From the IMG/VR virus record IMGVR_UViG_3300042731_007874: a DNA stretch of 64,000 nucleotides, one strand, 5' to 3'. This document shows positions 45,596 through 55,744 of the stretch, piece by piece. This stretch comes from a virus. Under the pieces are notes generated by a model. The model was given only the letters and a program-made list of their open reading frames with translations, did not search any database and was not told the DNA's origin. Every line of letters starts with the position of its first letter. The first letter of the stretch is position 1. Both the position numbers and the translations under genes were made by a program.

Positions 45596-48148
45596 ATGGC
45601 AACAACAGGAACAGGATCTGTAAATTTTCAGTTTAGGATTTCTCAAGTCCCTGGTTCATTTAACCTAAGAACTCGGACAAATGTAAAAAAGCATATTGCG
45701 AATATTATTTACATTAAAGAACCTCCTAACGATGCTATAAAATTAGAATATGTAGGAAGTAAAGAATCTTTACCTTCTGTTAATCTATTTATTGCAGATC
45801 GAAGTGACGATGTTTATAACAACACAAGAAATACTACTTTACAAGAGTTTATTGGGGATAAGTTGGCAACAAGTGTTGTTGTTGCTAATAAGAATTTTTT
45901 AGTTACTCAAGAATTTATTGATTCTGACGCAGACTCTATCCCTTTATACTATAGACACGAGTTGCCTAGTACTGTTTCTCTAGAATCAATTAAAGTTTTT
46001 GATAAAGATTTTAATCCAATAGATCCGGCATCTTACAAAATAACATCAGAATATATTTATAACGAAGACACAGGTATCAGAACAGATGTTTTAGATAAAT
46101 TTTATCTTTTTAACTCTTTAGAGTCTTTTCATGATCCAAAAACTGGCGACTATAATGTGTATTTTGTTCAATACACAAACTCCTCCGAAACAATAACAGA
46201 ACTGTTAGACAATGAGGCTGCCTATACAGAAGCAGCATTTTCGGACTTTTGGCACTTAACTCCTGGATTTTTAAAACCTTGGGCGAGAGCATACGTTCTT
46301 AGAGATGATGATTTCTTCTCAGATAATTATTTTATTTCTCTACCTGCAAGTTCTAAATATGCTGTAAAGTATATTGAGTCACAAAGAGTTAGGGTTGCGC
46401 CTCCTGTAGACATCTCAGACGAAGGTCCGTGGTTTCCAAGGGTAATTAATGGTGGGTTTTTACATGGTATTAATGGACGAATTTCTAAATACGATATTAG
46501 AGAATTTTCTAATCAATCTTTTAATCCAATCGAGCCATATAAGCTGTCTGGTCGTACAAAATGTTTGAAAATAAACGACAATTTAATTAAATTTCCTCAT
46601 GAAACGTTATCGTTCAATTCAGCATATTCTAACATAGATATAACTTTAGAAGACGACGGGGTAGTTAAATATGCGATTACTTCAAACCATACAAAAGCTG
46701 GAGATGAAGTTTATGATCTTGACGGAAGGGCTGTTCCAAACGAAGACAACACCGCTAATGTAACTTGGTCATATTCTAAATTCTTAGGAGTTGATAGAAG
46801 ATCTGGGATTGTGTTAGTTGATCAAAAAATTCTAGATTCTTATGAGATCTATGCAACCTATACATACAAAGAGAAGTACTTTTCTGTTACAGATCTAGTA
46901 ATGAATCCTATTTTTGATCTAAATGCGACTAACGAAAAACGAATAATATTTTTAGTTCCTCGAAATGAGAAGAATACTAATTCAACAACACAAACAGCAT
47001 CAATAGGCACACTCAGAGTAGGTAAGAATGGGAAGATTATTTACTCAAACCAAGATGGTCGTGACTATAACCCCAAGCTTGATTTTGACACACGGGTTTC
47101 TTCTTCTAATGGGTATTCTCTATCTGGTGTCTTAGGTTTACATTACTCATGGTTTTCGACGACAACTTCTTCAGAAGCTTTTGATTTTTCTTCCGGAACA
47201 ACACTTTCTGTTGTTTCAACAAATGGTTTTCCAAAAAGCGGATGGCTCCGAACTCTTGATACAAGTAGTAATTATCGATATTTTAAGTACACTAGCAAAA
47301 CAGATATTGCTTTTGTTTTATCTGAAACTGCAGAACATCATCCGTTAACAGGGACAATCCCTTCTTCTTCACAGATTGAGCTTGTGAATTTTATAGACGA
47401 GTTCGCAATTCAATCAAGACGTAACGCCCAAGAAGAGATTGACTATTATGGAGAAACTACTGGGTATCCTTCTTTCTATTCTCAGTATTTAATTCTAGGA
47501 GAATTATCGATAAACCCACCTCATGGAGTTCATGATTTAACCAGAATAGATGTTCGTCAAAATGGTGGAGGAATTAGAGAAGAACTCTATGACGAGGCTA
47601 AAGCGTTAAACCCAGAGATTCAATGGCTTAATGATTATGGAACTTTTAACGGACAAGTCTATCCTGGTAGTTCAGTACTTGTGGTAAAATTGCCAATCTC
47701 GTTAAAAGAAGATTTCTCTTTAGATAGAATTAGAGAAATTGTTAAAGAACATGTCCCAATGGGGGTTTATCCTTTAATTCGGTTTTATGGATATGAGCCA
47801 AGGATTATAAGTTGTACTCCCGAAGCTGAATCAATTACAATTGATTGGGAGAAAGAAGGTTCTGAATTTGTCTACGACATTCTGTATGCAACAAACGCAG
47901 ATGCAGAATATCACAAAGCAAATTTGGTTAGAATTACCGATGGAGCAGGAACTTATAATACTTTTACGATTACAGATCTAACAGCAAATCAGCCTTATTT
48001 TGTCAAAATAGACATGAGAGATAAATATTACCAATGGTGGTATGGTTATTCAAGTTATAATAGTATTGAAGGTGGGTTAGGTTTGTCAGAAAATGCTCCA
48101 ACTGCTCCATTTGGGAACGTGGTAAACTTTCAGTATAGAATTTTATAA
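45596..48148 (+). CDS. Baseplate structural protein (850 aa) with C-terminal FN3-like domain
   Basis: IREIVKEHVPMGVYPLIRFY (baseplate wedge-like); SITIDW...YDILY...FTITDLTANQPYFVKI (FN3-like). Confidence 0.55.
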   Translation: MATTGTGSVNFQFRISQVPGSFNLRTRTNVKKHIANIIYIKEPPNDAIKLEYVGSKESLPSVNLFIADRSDDVYNNTRNTTLQEFIGDKLATSVVVANKNFLVTQEFIDSDADSIPLYYRHELPSTVSLESIKVFDKDFNPIDPASYKITSEYIYNEDTGIRTDVLDKFYLFNSLESFHDPKTGDYNVYFVQYTNSSETITELLDNEAAYTEAAFSDFWHLTPGFLKPWARAYVLRDDDFFSDNYFISLPASSKYAVKYIESQRVRVAPPVDISDEGPWFPRVINGGFLHGINGRISKYDIREFSNQSFNPIEPYKLSGRTKCLKINDNLIKFPHETLSFNSAYSNIDITLEDDGVVKYAITSNHTKAGDEVYDLDGRAVPNEDNTANVTWSYSKFLGVDRRSGIVLVDQKILDSYEIYATYTYKEKYFSVTDLVMNPIFDLNATNEKRIIFLVPRNEKNTNSTTQTASIGTLRVGKNGKIIYSNQDGRDYNPKLDFDTRVSSSNGYSLSGVLGLHYSWFSTTTSSEAFDFSSGTTLSVVSTNGFPKSGWLRTLDTSSNYRYFKYTSKTDIAFVLSETAEHHPLTGTIPSSSQIELVNFIDEFAIQSRRNAQEEIDYYGETTGYPSFYSQYLILGELSINPPHGVHDLTRIDVRQNGGGIREELYDEAKALNPEIQWLNDYGTFNGQVYPGSSVLVVKLPISLKEDFSLDRIREIVKEHVPMGVYPLIRFYGYEPRIISCTPEAESITIDWEKEGSEFVYDILYATNADAEYHKANLVRITDGAGTYNTFTITDLTANQPYFVKIDMRDKYYQWWYGYSSYNSIEGGLGLSENAPTAPFGNVVNFQYRIL

Positions 48149-48158
48149 GAGGTAAACA

Positions 48159-48689
48159 ATGACAGTAAATTTAACATTATCTGGGACTAACGGAGGCAGT
48201 TCGTTTAGCGATACAGAAGACCTTGGTTCTGTCTCTCCTGGTAGCACTGTAGACTTTCAAGATGTTTTTATTTCGCATGATGCAGAAAACAACAAAATTA
48301 CAGACGTTGCTTTGTATCTCACTCAATATGCAGGAAGTAACTATTTAGGAAGTGATGCGCCTAGTGATTTAACAGAAATCCTTGGGTGGGGAGATGCTGC
48401 TACTGGTGGGTTTAAGGTTGTAATGGATGGTTGGGGAAGTTGGACAACAGGAACTCGGAATGACGTTGGTACTTGGCTAACATTTAAAAATGGTTATGGA
48501 GACGTTGATAGCCAAATTCCTTTAGCGAAAGAATCTATCGTAACTGGCGCTGTCCCTTCTGTTGACGGAGAGATTCCTGTTGACGGAACTGCCCATGTTC
48601 AAGTAGAAATCGACACTCCGTCGTCAATCCCTGCTGGAGCAGGATATCGAGCTTTTTCTTTAGTGATTGCGTATTCGGCAACATCTTAG
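48159..48689 (+). CDS. Small beta-sandwich structural protein (176 aa)
   Basis: SD GAGGT; Gly/Ser/Thr-rich beta composition like neighbouring virion proteins. Confidence 0.55.
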   Translation: MTVNLTLSGTNGGSSFSDTEDLGSVSPGSTVDFQDVFISHDAENNKITDVALYLTQYAGSNYLGSDAPSDLTEILGWGDAATGGFKVVMDGWGSWTTGTRNDVGTWLTFKNGYGDVDSQIPLAKESIVTGAVPSVDGEIPVDGTAHVQVEIDTPSSIPAGAGYRAFSLVIAYSATS

Positions 48690-48695
48690 TATAAT
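48667..48695 (+). promoter_or_regulatory. sigma70-type promoter
   Basis: TTGCGT (48667-48672), 17-nt spacer, TATAAT (48690-48695). Confidence 0.6.
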
Positions 48696-48701
48696 TAAAT
48701 C

Positions 48702-48773
48702 ATGAGTACTAGAAATTTATCCCCAGGAACTAAACCTTCTCCTCCAATAAAAATCATTCCATTATCTAGTTAG
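48702..48773 (+). CDS. Possible leaderless 23-aa peptide MSTRNLSPGTKPSPPIKIIPLSS
   Basis: ATG falls exactly at the expected +1, 7 nt after TATAAT; no SD; very short. Confidence 0.3.
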   Translation: MSTRNLSPGTKPSPPIKIIPLSS

Positions 48774-48793
48774 AAAAAATTACAAATAAAATC

Positions 48794-48822
48794 TTGTCTA
48801 TTCAAATTATAAAGAATATACT
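48794..48822 (+). promoter_or_regulatory. sigma70-type promoter
   Basis: TTGTCT (48794-48799), 17-nt spacer, TATACT (48817-48822), upstream of SD AAGGAG and ATG 48858. Confidence 0.6.
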
Positions 48823-48857
48823 TAACATTGGTCATTTTAACAAAAGGAGAAAGCTTT

Positions 48858-49433
48858 ATGAAAATTAAACGAAAAGAAGTCGCAAGTCTACTCGAAGGCA
48901 TTACTTCGATGAACAGTAGTAAGCTTAATGTACGTACTGTTTTTGATCTAGTAGCTAACAAGAGACAGCTCACAGCGGAAGTTGAAAACATTAGAGATAC
49001 ACAAAAAGCAATTTTTGAGGATAGTGAGTTTGCTAATCAAATCAAGGAATTCGATGAAAAACGAATTGCTCTTTGCGAAGAATATTCCGAGAAAGACGAA
49101 AAAGGGAAAGCAAAGAAAATTACACTTCCGCCTGTTAACGGAAAACCACGAGAAGAGTATGATATTCTTGCCGAAAAGAAAGATGAATTTGAGACACAAG
49201 TAGCTGAGCTTAGAAAGCAATACCAGTCCGCTTTTGATCAAGAAAAGGTTAAAATAGAAGAGATTCAGAATTTTCTAGAAGAAGAAGTTGAGCTGGAACT
49301 AACAATGTTTAAGACAGAAGATCTTCCTGAACAAATGACTATTAATCAAATGTCTCTATTGTTCCCAATAATCAAGCAGGATTCAGAACTTGTAGAAGTT
49401 ACCAAACTTCCCGTCCTTAAAGAAGAAAAATAA
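48858..49433 (+). CDS. Coiled-coil phage protein (191 aa), DUF1617-like; possible fibre assembly factor
   Basis: SD-supported ATG 48858, rather than the track's TTG 48828; RIALCEEYSEKDEKGK...EFETQVAEL pattern. Confidence 0.65.
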   Translation: MKIKRKEVASLLEGITSMNSSKLNVRTVFDLVANKRQLTAEVENIRDTQKAIFEDSEFANQIKEFDEKRIALCEEYSEKDEKGKAKKITLPPVNGKPREEYDILAEKKDEFETQVAELRKQYQSAFDQEKVKIEEIQNFLEEEVELELTMFKTEDLPEQMTINQMSLLFPIIKQDSELVEVTKLPVLKEEK

Positions 49434-49550
49434 CCCTATTAGCCTGAATTAATTCTTGTTCCTGTTTAAGTAATTGAGAATCTTCTCTTATAATGTTAAT
49501 ATAAAAAGGAGATTTTATATTCTTTTATCAAAGAAAGGAATTCTGAATTT

Positions 49551-49856
49551 ATGTACGTGACAAGATATTATAAGAATTCTTCGGACGAAGTGTTGAGGAT
49601 TGATACTATTACGTTTGAGTCAACAACAAATTCGTTAAATAAACCGATTACACAGAAAACTTATGCCAGAAAAGTTTCAGTCGAATTAGCAATAGGAGCT
49701 TTAGATCGAACTGTTGCAACAATTCATTTACTTACAGACGCAAACAATTATCCTTTTAATGTTTCTGGAGGTAATAATTACGAATGGGTTTCTTGGGACG
49801 ATCCTGCTTTTCGTTGTAATATGAGCGATCTTCCTCAAATTGGCGAAACGGTTTAA
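49551..49856 (+). CDS. Hypothetical protein (101 aa)
   Basis: SD AAAGGA; coupled by TAATG to the next gene. Confidence 0.6.
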   Translation: MYVTRYYKNSSDEVLRIDTITFESTTNSLNKPITQKTYARKVSVELAIGALDRTVATIHLLTDANNYPFNVSGGNNYEWVSWDDPAFRCNMSDLPQIGETV

Positions 49857-50326
49857 TGGGGGCTTGGGTTAAAGTATTTAAGGATTTTTCTACAGAAGGC
49901 GGCTCAGATCTAGACATTAGTAAAGGTAGAGCTTCCTGGTCGAAGGGAAGACTTAAGAATATAATTAGGGTATTTATTTCAGAAAAACTTTCATCTGCTA
50001 CTCTAGAATTACCAGACACCCAATGGCATCAATTTGACCGAATGGCATACATAGAAGGACAAACTCTTCGTCTATTCAGGGTTGTTCAGGCCAAAATTCT
50101 TGAACATCACAAAGATAGTTATTTATGTTATGCCAATGACGAGAACAGTAAGAAAGCTTATTTTTCATGGTGTTATCTTTCTGATGAGCCAAAAAGTCAA
50201 AACTCTTTCTTAATAGAATCTAGTCATATAGGTAAGTGGATTTCTATTAAAGTTTCGTCTAGTGATAACCCTGTCTTCTTTTTAGCAAATCGTTCCGGGG
50301 AGTTCAATGGAGCCATTCTTAAATAG
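49856..50326 (+). CDS. Hypothetical protein (156 aa)
   Basis: Intact ORF in operon; beta-rich. Confidence 0.65.
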   Translation: MGAWVKVFKDFSTEGGSDLDISKGRASWSKGRLKNIIRVFISEKLSSATLELPDTQWHQFDRMAYIEGQTLRLFRVVQAKILEHHKDSYLCYANDENSKKAYFSWCYLSDEPKSQNSFLIESSHIGKWISIKVSSSDNPVFFLANRSGEFNGAILK

Positions 50327-52283
50327 TCTTTTAGATACTTTGCCTGCGATACAAGCGAAGCAGATTTCGGAATTACTGCAGGACTTACAACAAGCTGGTT
50401 CTGTTAGGAATGCTGATGAATACGAAGCTAGTCTTCAAGCGCTGTCTGCTGCGATTAATGATACTTCTCCAACTCCTTCCTTCTCTCAGATTCGGGCACT
50501 ATCATGGAACTTGTGTAGCTCTGACGCGCACAACATAATGATGCAGGCAATGAAAAATGATTTAGAAGCTGCATTTCTTCAAGTTGATTCGCTTGGCGCG
50601 AAGCTATCTGATCATTCTGTCTTGTTTGTTAATGGTCTGTTGTCAGATTTAGAACGTGGCTTAAATTACCAAGAAGGTTTAATTAGACAGCTAGAGTGGT
50701 TAGCAGAAAAGAATAATGAGTTTACAAACGTATTAGTAAATAATTTTTCCTCGGCTTCTTTATTTAAGACATCAAGAAGCGCACCTAATGCCGATAGTCT
50801 TTATTACGACAACAGAACGTTAAAGAAACAATCAGAAATCACTATCCCGTCTGCTGTTGTTTCTGTGGATGGAAATAAGCTTATACTAGATACGGAAAAT
50901 ACTCCTCGTGAAGATCCGGTTTCCGTCACTCTTCTTTCTAATAGCTATTCTTATGGAACAAAATACCATGTAGACGACGCTGGCCTAGAAAACTTAATTG
51001 ATAAAACAAAAGACACTTTTTGGACTTATAATGTGTATACCGAATCTGCCGTAGAAAAGGTAAGTGCAGTTTTAAACTTTAGATTTGGTTCTGGGAAAGA
51101 TGTTGATTTTGTTGTGGTAGAAGGGGTTTCTTCTCCTTTTGTGTTAGAAGAGATAATTGGGTATTCTTTAGATGGTTCCACCTACGATTTAACCGAACAA
51201 CAATACACAATTGATGGGATCACTAGAGTAGATTTCCAGAGGATTAATGTAGAATCGATTACTCTTGTTTTTTCCGTAAAAACATTTAAAAAAGCAGAAG
51301 AATGGATTGAGTCAAATCGCCAAATTAATAATTTAGACAAACTCCTAGAACTTGATTCTGTAGGTAGACATGACGCTCTTGCTTCAGTTACCAGAGAAGT
51401 ATTAGCTTCTGAAACCCTTGCTAATGCAATAAATGTTATAAACTATTCGGATTTTCAAATAAATGCCTTCTTGTATAATATAGTTATTGACAATGTCTGG
51501 TTTGGGAATAGTATTTCAAAAGACACTGGAATTTTTGTTTCTAGTCCATTGTCTTTAACGAATGCTGGAGTAATTGCAGTAGAGGCTAAAGAATCCACAG
51601 ATACATCTATAATTAAAAATACTTTCGAATATGAAATTATTAAGATTGATAAATTTCCAAAATATAAAGAGACCAGATTTTCTATTCCGAGACTAGGGCA
51701 AACATCTGTTTCTTCAGAAAGACTAGTTTTAACAAACAGAAGTCATGATTCGGTAATTAATAGTATTGGGGCATTAAGGTTTTTCCCATATATCTCTCCA
51801 AATTATTCTCCTTCTGACAGTGAGCCAATTATTGTCTACAAGAATGGAGTTGCATTAAGTCGGGCTTTAGGTGATTGGACATTTGCTGTTTCACAAGAAG
51901 ACTCTACTCTTGTTTGGCAATCTAACTATACAGATCTATCTTTTTCAAGCAACAGTTATAACTTAACCCCTCTTAAGTTTCTAATAAAACTGAAAAATCC
52001 AGCTTTAAATGCGGTGTATACTGTTGATTATAATATAAAAACAAGTGACAATGTTACAGAAATTGAATCTACAGACGAACTGGATTTTGCTACTATTTGG
52101 CTAGACAATGAAAAGACCGTTTATCTTGGTGATTCAGGAAGAGTTTATTTCTTGAAACCAGATGCAGATCTAACTATAAATTCTGATTTATATTTACAAA
52201 TTACTTTACGAAGGAATAAGTCTTCTCAGTCCTCGTCTCCTTTCTTGTACGAATATGCCGTTTTAGGAGCAACCTATAAATGA
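50307..52283 (+). CDS. Virion protein, paralog family member 1 (helical N-terminus + discoidin-like domain)
   Basis: Shares N-terminal helical block, LIDKTKDTFW discoidin-like motif and C-terminal LQITLRR...SPFLYEY with the next two genes. Confidence 0.6.
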   Translation: MEPFLNSLLDTLPAIQAKQISELLQDLQQAGSVRNADEYEASLQALSAAINDTSPTPSFSQIRALSWNLCSSDAHNIMMQAMKNDLEAAFLQVDSLGAKLSDHSVLFVNGLLSDLERGLNYQEGLIRQLEWLAEKNNEFTNVLVNNFSSASLFKTSRSAPNADSLYYDNRTLKKQSEITIPSAVVSVDGNKLILDTENTPREDPVSVTLLSNSYSYGTKYHVDDAGLENLIDKTKDTFWTYNVYTESAVEKVSAVLNFRFGSGKDVDFVVVEGVSSPFVLEEIIGYSLDGSTYDLTEQQYTIDGITRVDFQRINVESITLVFSVKTFKKAEEWIESNRQINNLDKLLELDSVGRHDALASVTREVLASETLANAINVINYSDFQINAFLYNIVIDNVWFGNSISKDTGIFVSSPLSLTNAGVIAVEAKESTDTSIIKNTFEYEIIKIDKFPKYKETRFSIPRLGQTSVSSERLVLTNRSHDSVINSIGALRFFPYISPNYSPSDSEPIIVYKNGVALSRALGDWTFAVSQEDSTLVWQSNYTDLSFSSNSYNLTPLKFLIKLKNPALNAVYTVDYNIKTSDNVTEIESTDELDFATIWLDNEKTVYLGDSGRVYFLKPDADLTINSDLYLQITLRRNKSSQSSSPFLYEYAVLGATYK

Positions 52284-55200
52284 GTAACATTTATAAAAAA
52301 ATAAACTTTTCTTCTGTGTTGGCTGCGCGGCTTAAAGTTCTACTTGATTCAATTAACGAGACCTATACTTCTGGAGCGATGGCTTTAGAAAGTGATTTAG
52401 TAAGCCTATATCACAATTCACTAGAATTGTTTTTTGAGTCACTGAGTCAGTCAGTCTCTAAAAGTCTTTTTAATATAAAAGAAGGTTTACCTTCCGACCC
52501 AAGAGGGGTCAATTTATTTACTGGTTCTGTTCAGCAAGATCTTCAGTGTGTTTTTGCTGAGACTGGAGCTTTAGATAAATTAATTTCTGCAAGTTTTAAT
52601 GCCGTTTTAGTAGAGAAAGAACAGGTTTTGCAGATATTGAAAAGAACAGCCAGTAAAATTGGAGATTATCTTCTTTATGCAGATCCTTCTTTAGGAGCAG
52701 GGTTTTTCTTTGGTGATTCTTTTAACACGTCAGATAGGTTAGATTTAGGATCTTCTTTAGTAGAAGGAGAGGAATGTTATCACTCTCCAGAAGAGGGAGC
52801 TGTTTTCCTTCCGTTAGACGGCACTCCAATAAGGCCAAAAATTGATTCAGTGATTATAAATAAACCTAGCAACGGAACAAGAGGTAACAACCATCAGCTA
52901 GATATTACTGGCCATAACGAGATTGAAGTAATTACAGATGGAAAACCAAACACATGGTTTGAATACGAGAGTGTTGTTTCTAATGAGGTTAATACTCCTT
53001 TGGTATTAGACTTAACAATAAAACTCAAAGAGATTGCTGTTATAAACCATATTCATATTAACGCTATGTTTTTTGGAACGCCAACAACAATAAAAATCTC
53101 ATCAATTAGTACTTCGGTTGATGGCAAAGAGTATCTTTCTGTTAAAGATGAGGTTCCAGTTGCGGATTTTTTATTAGAAGATGAAGAAAACATATTTAGT
53201 CTTTCCCCTGCTTCGTCTAAGTTTGCAGGACAAGGATTTTATTCTTTTCTGGCACGTAAAGCTCAATTCGTTAATGTTGTTCTTGAACAAAGTTCTCCTT
53301 ACCCTATAGAAACAATAAACGGATCTAGATTAAGATATGCTATTGGTTTAAGAGATATTAATATATTAAGCCGAAAGTTTTTAGAATCAGGAAGTATTGT
53401 TAGTCGTTCTTTTGATGTAGAATCAGAGGTTAAAAAGGTTAGTCTTCTTGCGTCTGAAAACCCACTAGAGCCTTCTGTTCTGGCTTCTATTAATCATTTT
53501 GTTTCCCATAATGATGGTGCTGAATGGTGGGGGATTCAGCCCCAAAATGTAGATGCTTATGGAATTCCAGAAATTATTAACTATAATACTTATGAACAAA
53601 AAGCAATTATCACAGAAACCTCTGTTTCTTCTTTTAGGCACAAAATCTCTATGTCACGAGACAAGGCGGCATTTGAAGGAGGGCAAATTATAACAACAGA
53701 AACGATTCCAAAAGTAGAAATTTCTGATTTACCCTCTGGTGGAGAATTTGAAATATTTTTAAAAGAGAAGCCAGTTGAAGAAAGCATAAGGGTTCTCCTT
53801 CCTTATGTAGGTTCTTTTAGTTGTCCAAGAGATAGAGCTGGAGATTCTGTTGCAGAAGAATCTGCACCAATGGATTTGGATTTTGTCGAGTTTTCTGTTG
53901 ATGCCTCAAGTGACACTTCTCTAAGATATAAGCTTCCTTTTAAAGGGATCCCGAATCTTGAGAAACACATTAGGGTTTTTGTTAATAGGGCTCAGATTGA
54001 ATATTGTCCTAAAACAATAGACGCTTTCTCTTCTCCCACTCCGACTTCTTATGCGTCTATTGACAGCGAGAGTAGAGTTTATTTTCTTAATAAGAAAGGG
54101 AAGGAGCTTCAATTTGGATATACAGACTCAACTGGAATCCAAAGAGGTTTTATCCCCCCAGCAGGATCAAAGATTTCCGTTTGTTTAGATGGAGATAATC
54201 CTCTGTTAGAACTTACTGACAAAGGATATCAGATTCATTTTTCTGCTCCGTCTGACGGAAATACAGAAACAACTAGTCTTGTGGCCTTAAAAACACTAGA
54301 AGAAGAAGGAGCTTGTTCTTATGAAATTGAAATTCCTTCAGGATCAAGAACATGGATCGCTCCAATTGCAACTCAGTCAATAGGAGAGTATTTATCTTCA
54401 GATACAACAAAAGAAGACCTCGGTAAGTATACCTCTTCTAATGCTTCTAATACGAAAGAAGGTACGTCTGATTCTGTTGAGGTTGATACTGGTGCTTTTC
54501 TTCCTTTGTTTTTAAGCGGAATCTCTAATTTTGAACTTAAAGAATATGACTTAAGTGGAAATCTAATCACAGGAGATGATCGTCAATTTACAGACAAGAG
54601 AGAATATGTTGATGGATATCTAGAGCTGTATGGCTGGTTTGGAGACGACTATCAAGATCGATATACTTTTGATGCTGAAACCGGCACAGTGTATCTAAGT
54701 ATTCCCGCTCCAAAAGATAGAAAAGTTGTTTTAGTATGTAAGAAGATAGAGGCTTTTAAAATTCCTTCTTCTTCGTGGAATTTCGATAAAGGGATTGTCT
54801 CTAATAGAATTGACACCCAAAAAGTATTGCTCGATCCTTCTGTTGTTTATACAGTTCCTTTAGAATATTACTATTCAACTACAACAGATAATCAGAAAAG
54901 TATTTCATTATTCACTGGCAATAGTGAACAACATAATTGGTTTAATAAACGTCTTGTAAAAGGTACCGTTAAGCCAGATCAAAGATTTTTTGTCTCGGGA
55001 GCAAAACCTTTAGAGGTAACTTTTATTGATGGTAAAACTGAATTTCAAACTGTAAAAGAATCTAACTTAGAACCTTTAACTTTTAGTTCTGTCTCTACTA
55101 ATTTATGGTCGGCTACTTTGTCTCAAATTTCTAGCACTCAAACTCTTGCCTCTTCTGTAACATTTGCTCCTGTAAGATCGACAAATAGTGCTCTTACTCC

Positions 55201-55744
55201 AACCAACCAGTTTAGTCTTGGTGGAGAAAAAGAATCTTTTGCTGAGCTTAGCTCTAATGGATCAGATGGAGACTGGGCTGTAGAAAATGGAGTCGTAAGA
55301 CTATTTTTGTCCTCTACTCCTGCCGATCATACAGCGTCATACAAGTATCAAGTTGTCGATCCTGGAATAGACACCGAAAGTCTTTATTCAATAGATTATA
55401 TTAATGGAGTGATTTATTTTGCATCTCCTATTCAAAATAACGGGATTGTAAAATATGAGATTTCTGCCTACAGTGCATTTTATAACATTAGTGAAGTAAT
55501 AAAAGATACAGATATCTCAGAAATAAATCCAGAAGAAAAAACAGTTAAGTTCAAAACGGCGTTTGGGATGAGATTTCTAAAACAAGATCTTGCCTCCAAA
55601 ACAAGACCGCAAGTTTTAAAAATACTATATAATTATAATAAAGAATCTGTTGAATCTTTAGCTGACTTGGAACCTTATTTTTCGCCTGTTTGTAAAGATG
55701 TCGCCTTCCGAGCTGTAACTTCTGATTTACTGGAGTTGCTATAA
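52280..55744 (+). CDS. Virion protein, paralog family member 2 (1154 aa)
   Basis: ITDGKPNTWFEY...LVLDLTIKLKEIAVINHIHI; extra beta modules (YTFDAETGTVY, YSIDYINGVIYF). Confidence 0.6.
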   Translation: MSNIYKKINFSSVLAARLKVLLDSINETYTSGAMALESDLVSLYHNSLELFFESLSQSVSKSLFNIKEGLPSDPRGVNLFTGSVQQDLQCVFAETGALDKLISASFNAVLVEKEQVLQILKRTASKIGDYLLYADPSLGAGFFFGDSFNTSDRLDLGSSLVEGEECYHSPEEGAVFLPLDGTPIRPKIDSVIINKPSNGTRGNNHQLDITGHNEIEVITDGKPNTWFEYESVVSNEVNTPLVLDLTIKLKEIAVINHIHINAMFFGTPTTIKISSISTSVDGKEYLSVKDEVPVADFLLEDEENIFSLSPASSKFAGQGFYSFLARKAQFVNVVLEQSSPYPIETINGSRLRYAIGLRDINILSRKFLESGSIVSRSFDVESEVKKVSLLASENPLEPSVLASINHFVSHNDGAEWWGIQPQNVDAYGIPEIINYNTYEQKAIITETSVSSFRHKISMSRDKAAFEGGQIITTETIPKVEISDLPSGGEFEIFLKEKPVEESIRVLLPYVGSFSCPRDRAGDSVAEESAPMDLDFVEFSVDASSDTSLRYKLPFKGIPNLEKHIRVFVNRAQIEYCPKTIDAFSSPTPTSYASIDSESRVYFLNKKGKELQFGYTDSTGIQRGFIPPAGSKISVCLDGDNPLLELTDKGYQIHFSAPSDGNTETTSLVALKTLEEEGACSYEIEIPSGSRTWIAPIATQSIGEYLSSDTTKEDLGKYTSSNASNTKEGTSDSVEVDTGAFLPLFLSGISNFELKEYDLSGNLITGDDRQFTDKREYVDGYLELYGWFGDDYQDRYTFDAETGTVYLSIPAPKDRKVVLVCKKIEAFKIPSSSWNFDKGIVSNRIDTQKVLLDPSVVYTVPLEYYYSTTTDNQKSISLFTGNSEQHNWFNKRLVKGTVKPDQRFFVSGAKPLEVTFIDGKTEFQTVKESNLEPLTFSSVSTNLWSATLSQISSTQTLASSVTFAPVRSTNSALTPTNQFSLGGEKESFAELSSNGSDGDWAVENGVVRLFLSSTPADHTASYKYQVVDPGIDTESLYSIDYINGVIYFASPIQNNGIVKYEISAYSAFYNISEVIKDTDISEINPEEKTVKFKTAFGMRFLKQDLASKTRPQVLKILYNYNKESVESLADLEPYFSPVCKDVAFRAVTSDLLELL

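Noticed and set aside
48828-48857. TTG start at 48828
   Set aside because: It coincides with the expected TSS; the SD AAGGAG points to ATG 48858.
49498-49525. AT-rich hairpin AATATAAAA-AGGAGA-TTTTATATT as a terminator or riboswitch
   Set aside because: The all-AU stem is too weak and the U-tract short; it may be chance in AT-rich DNA.
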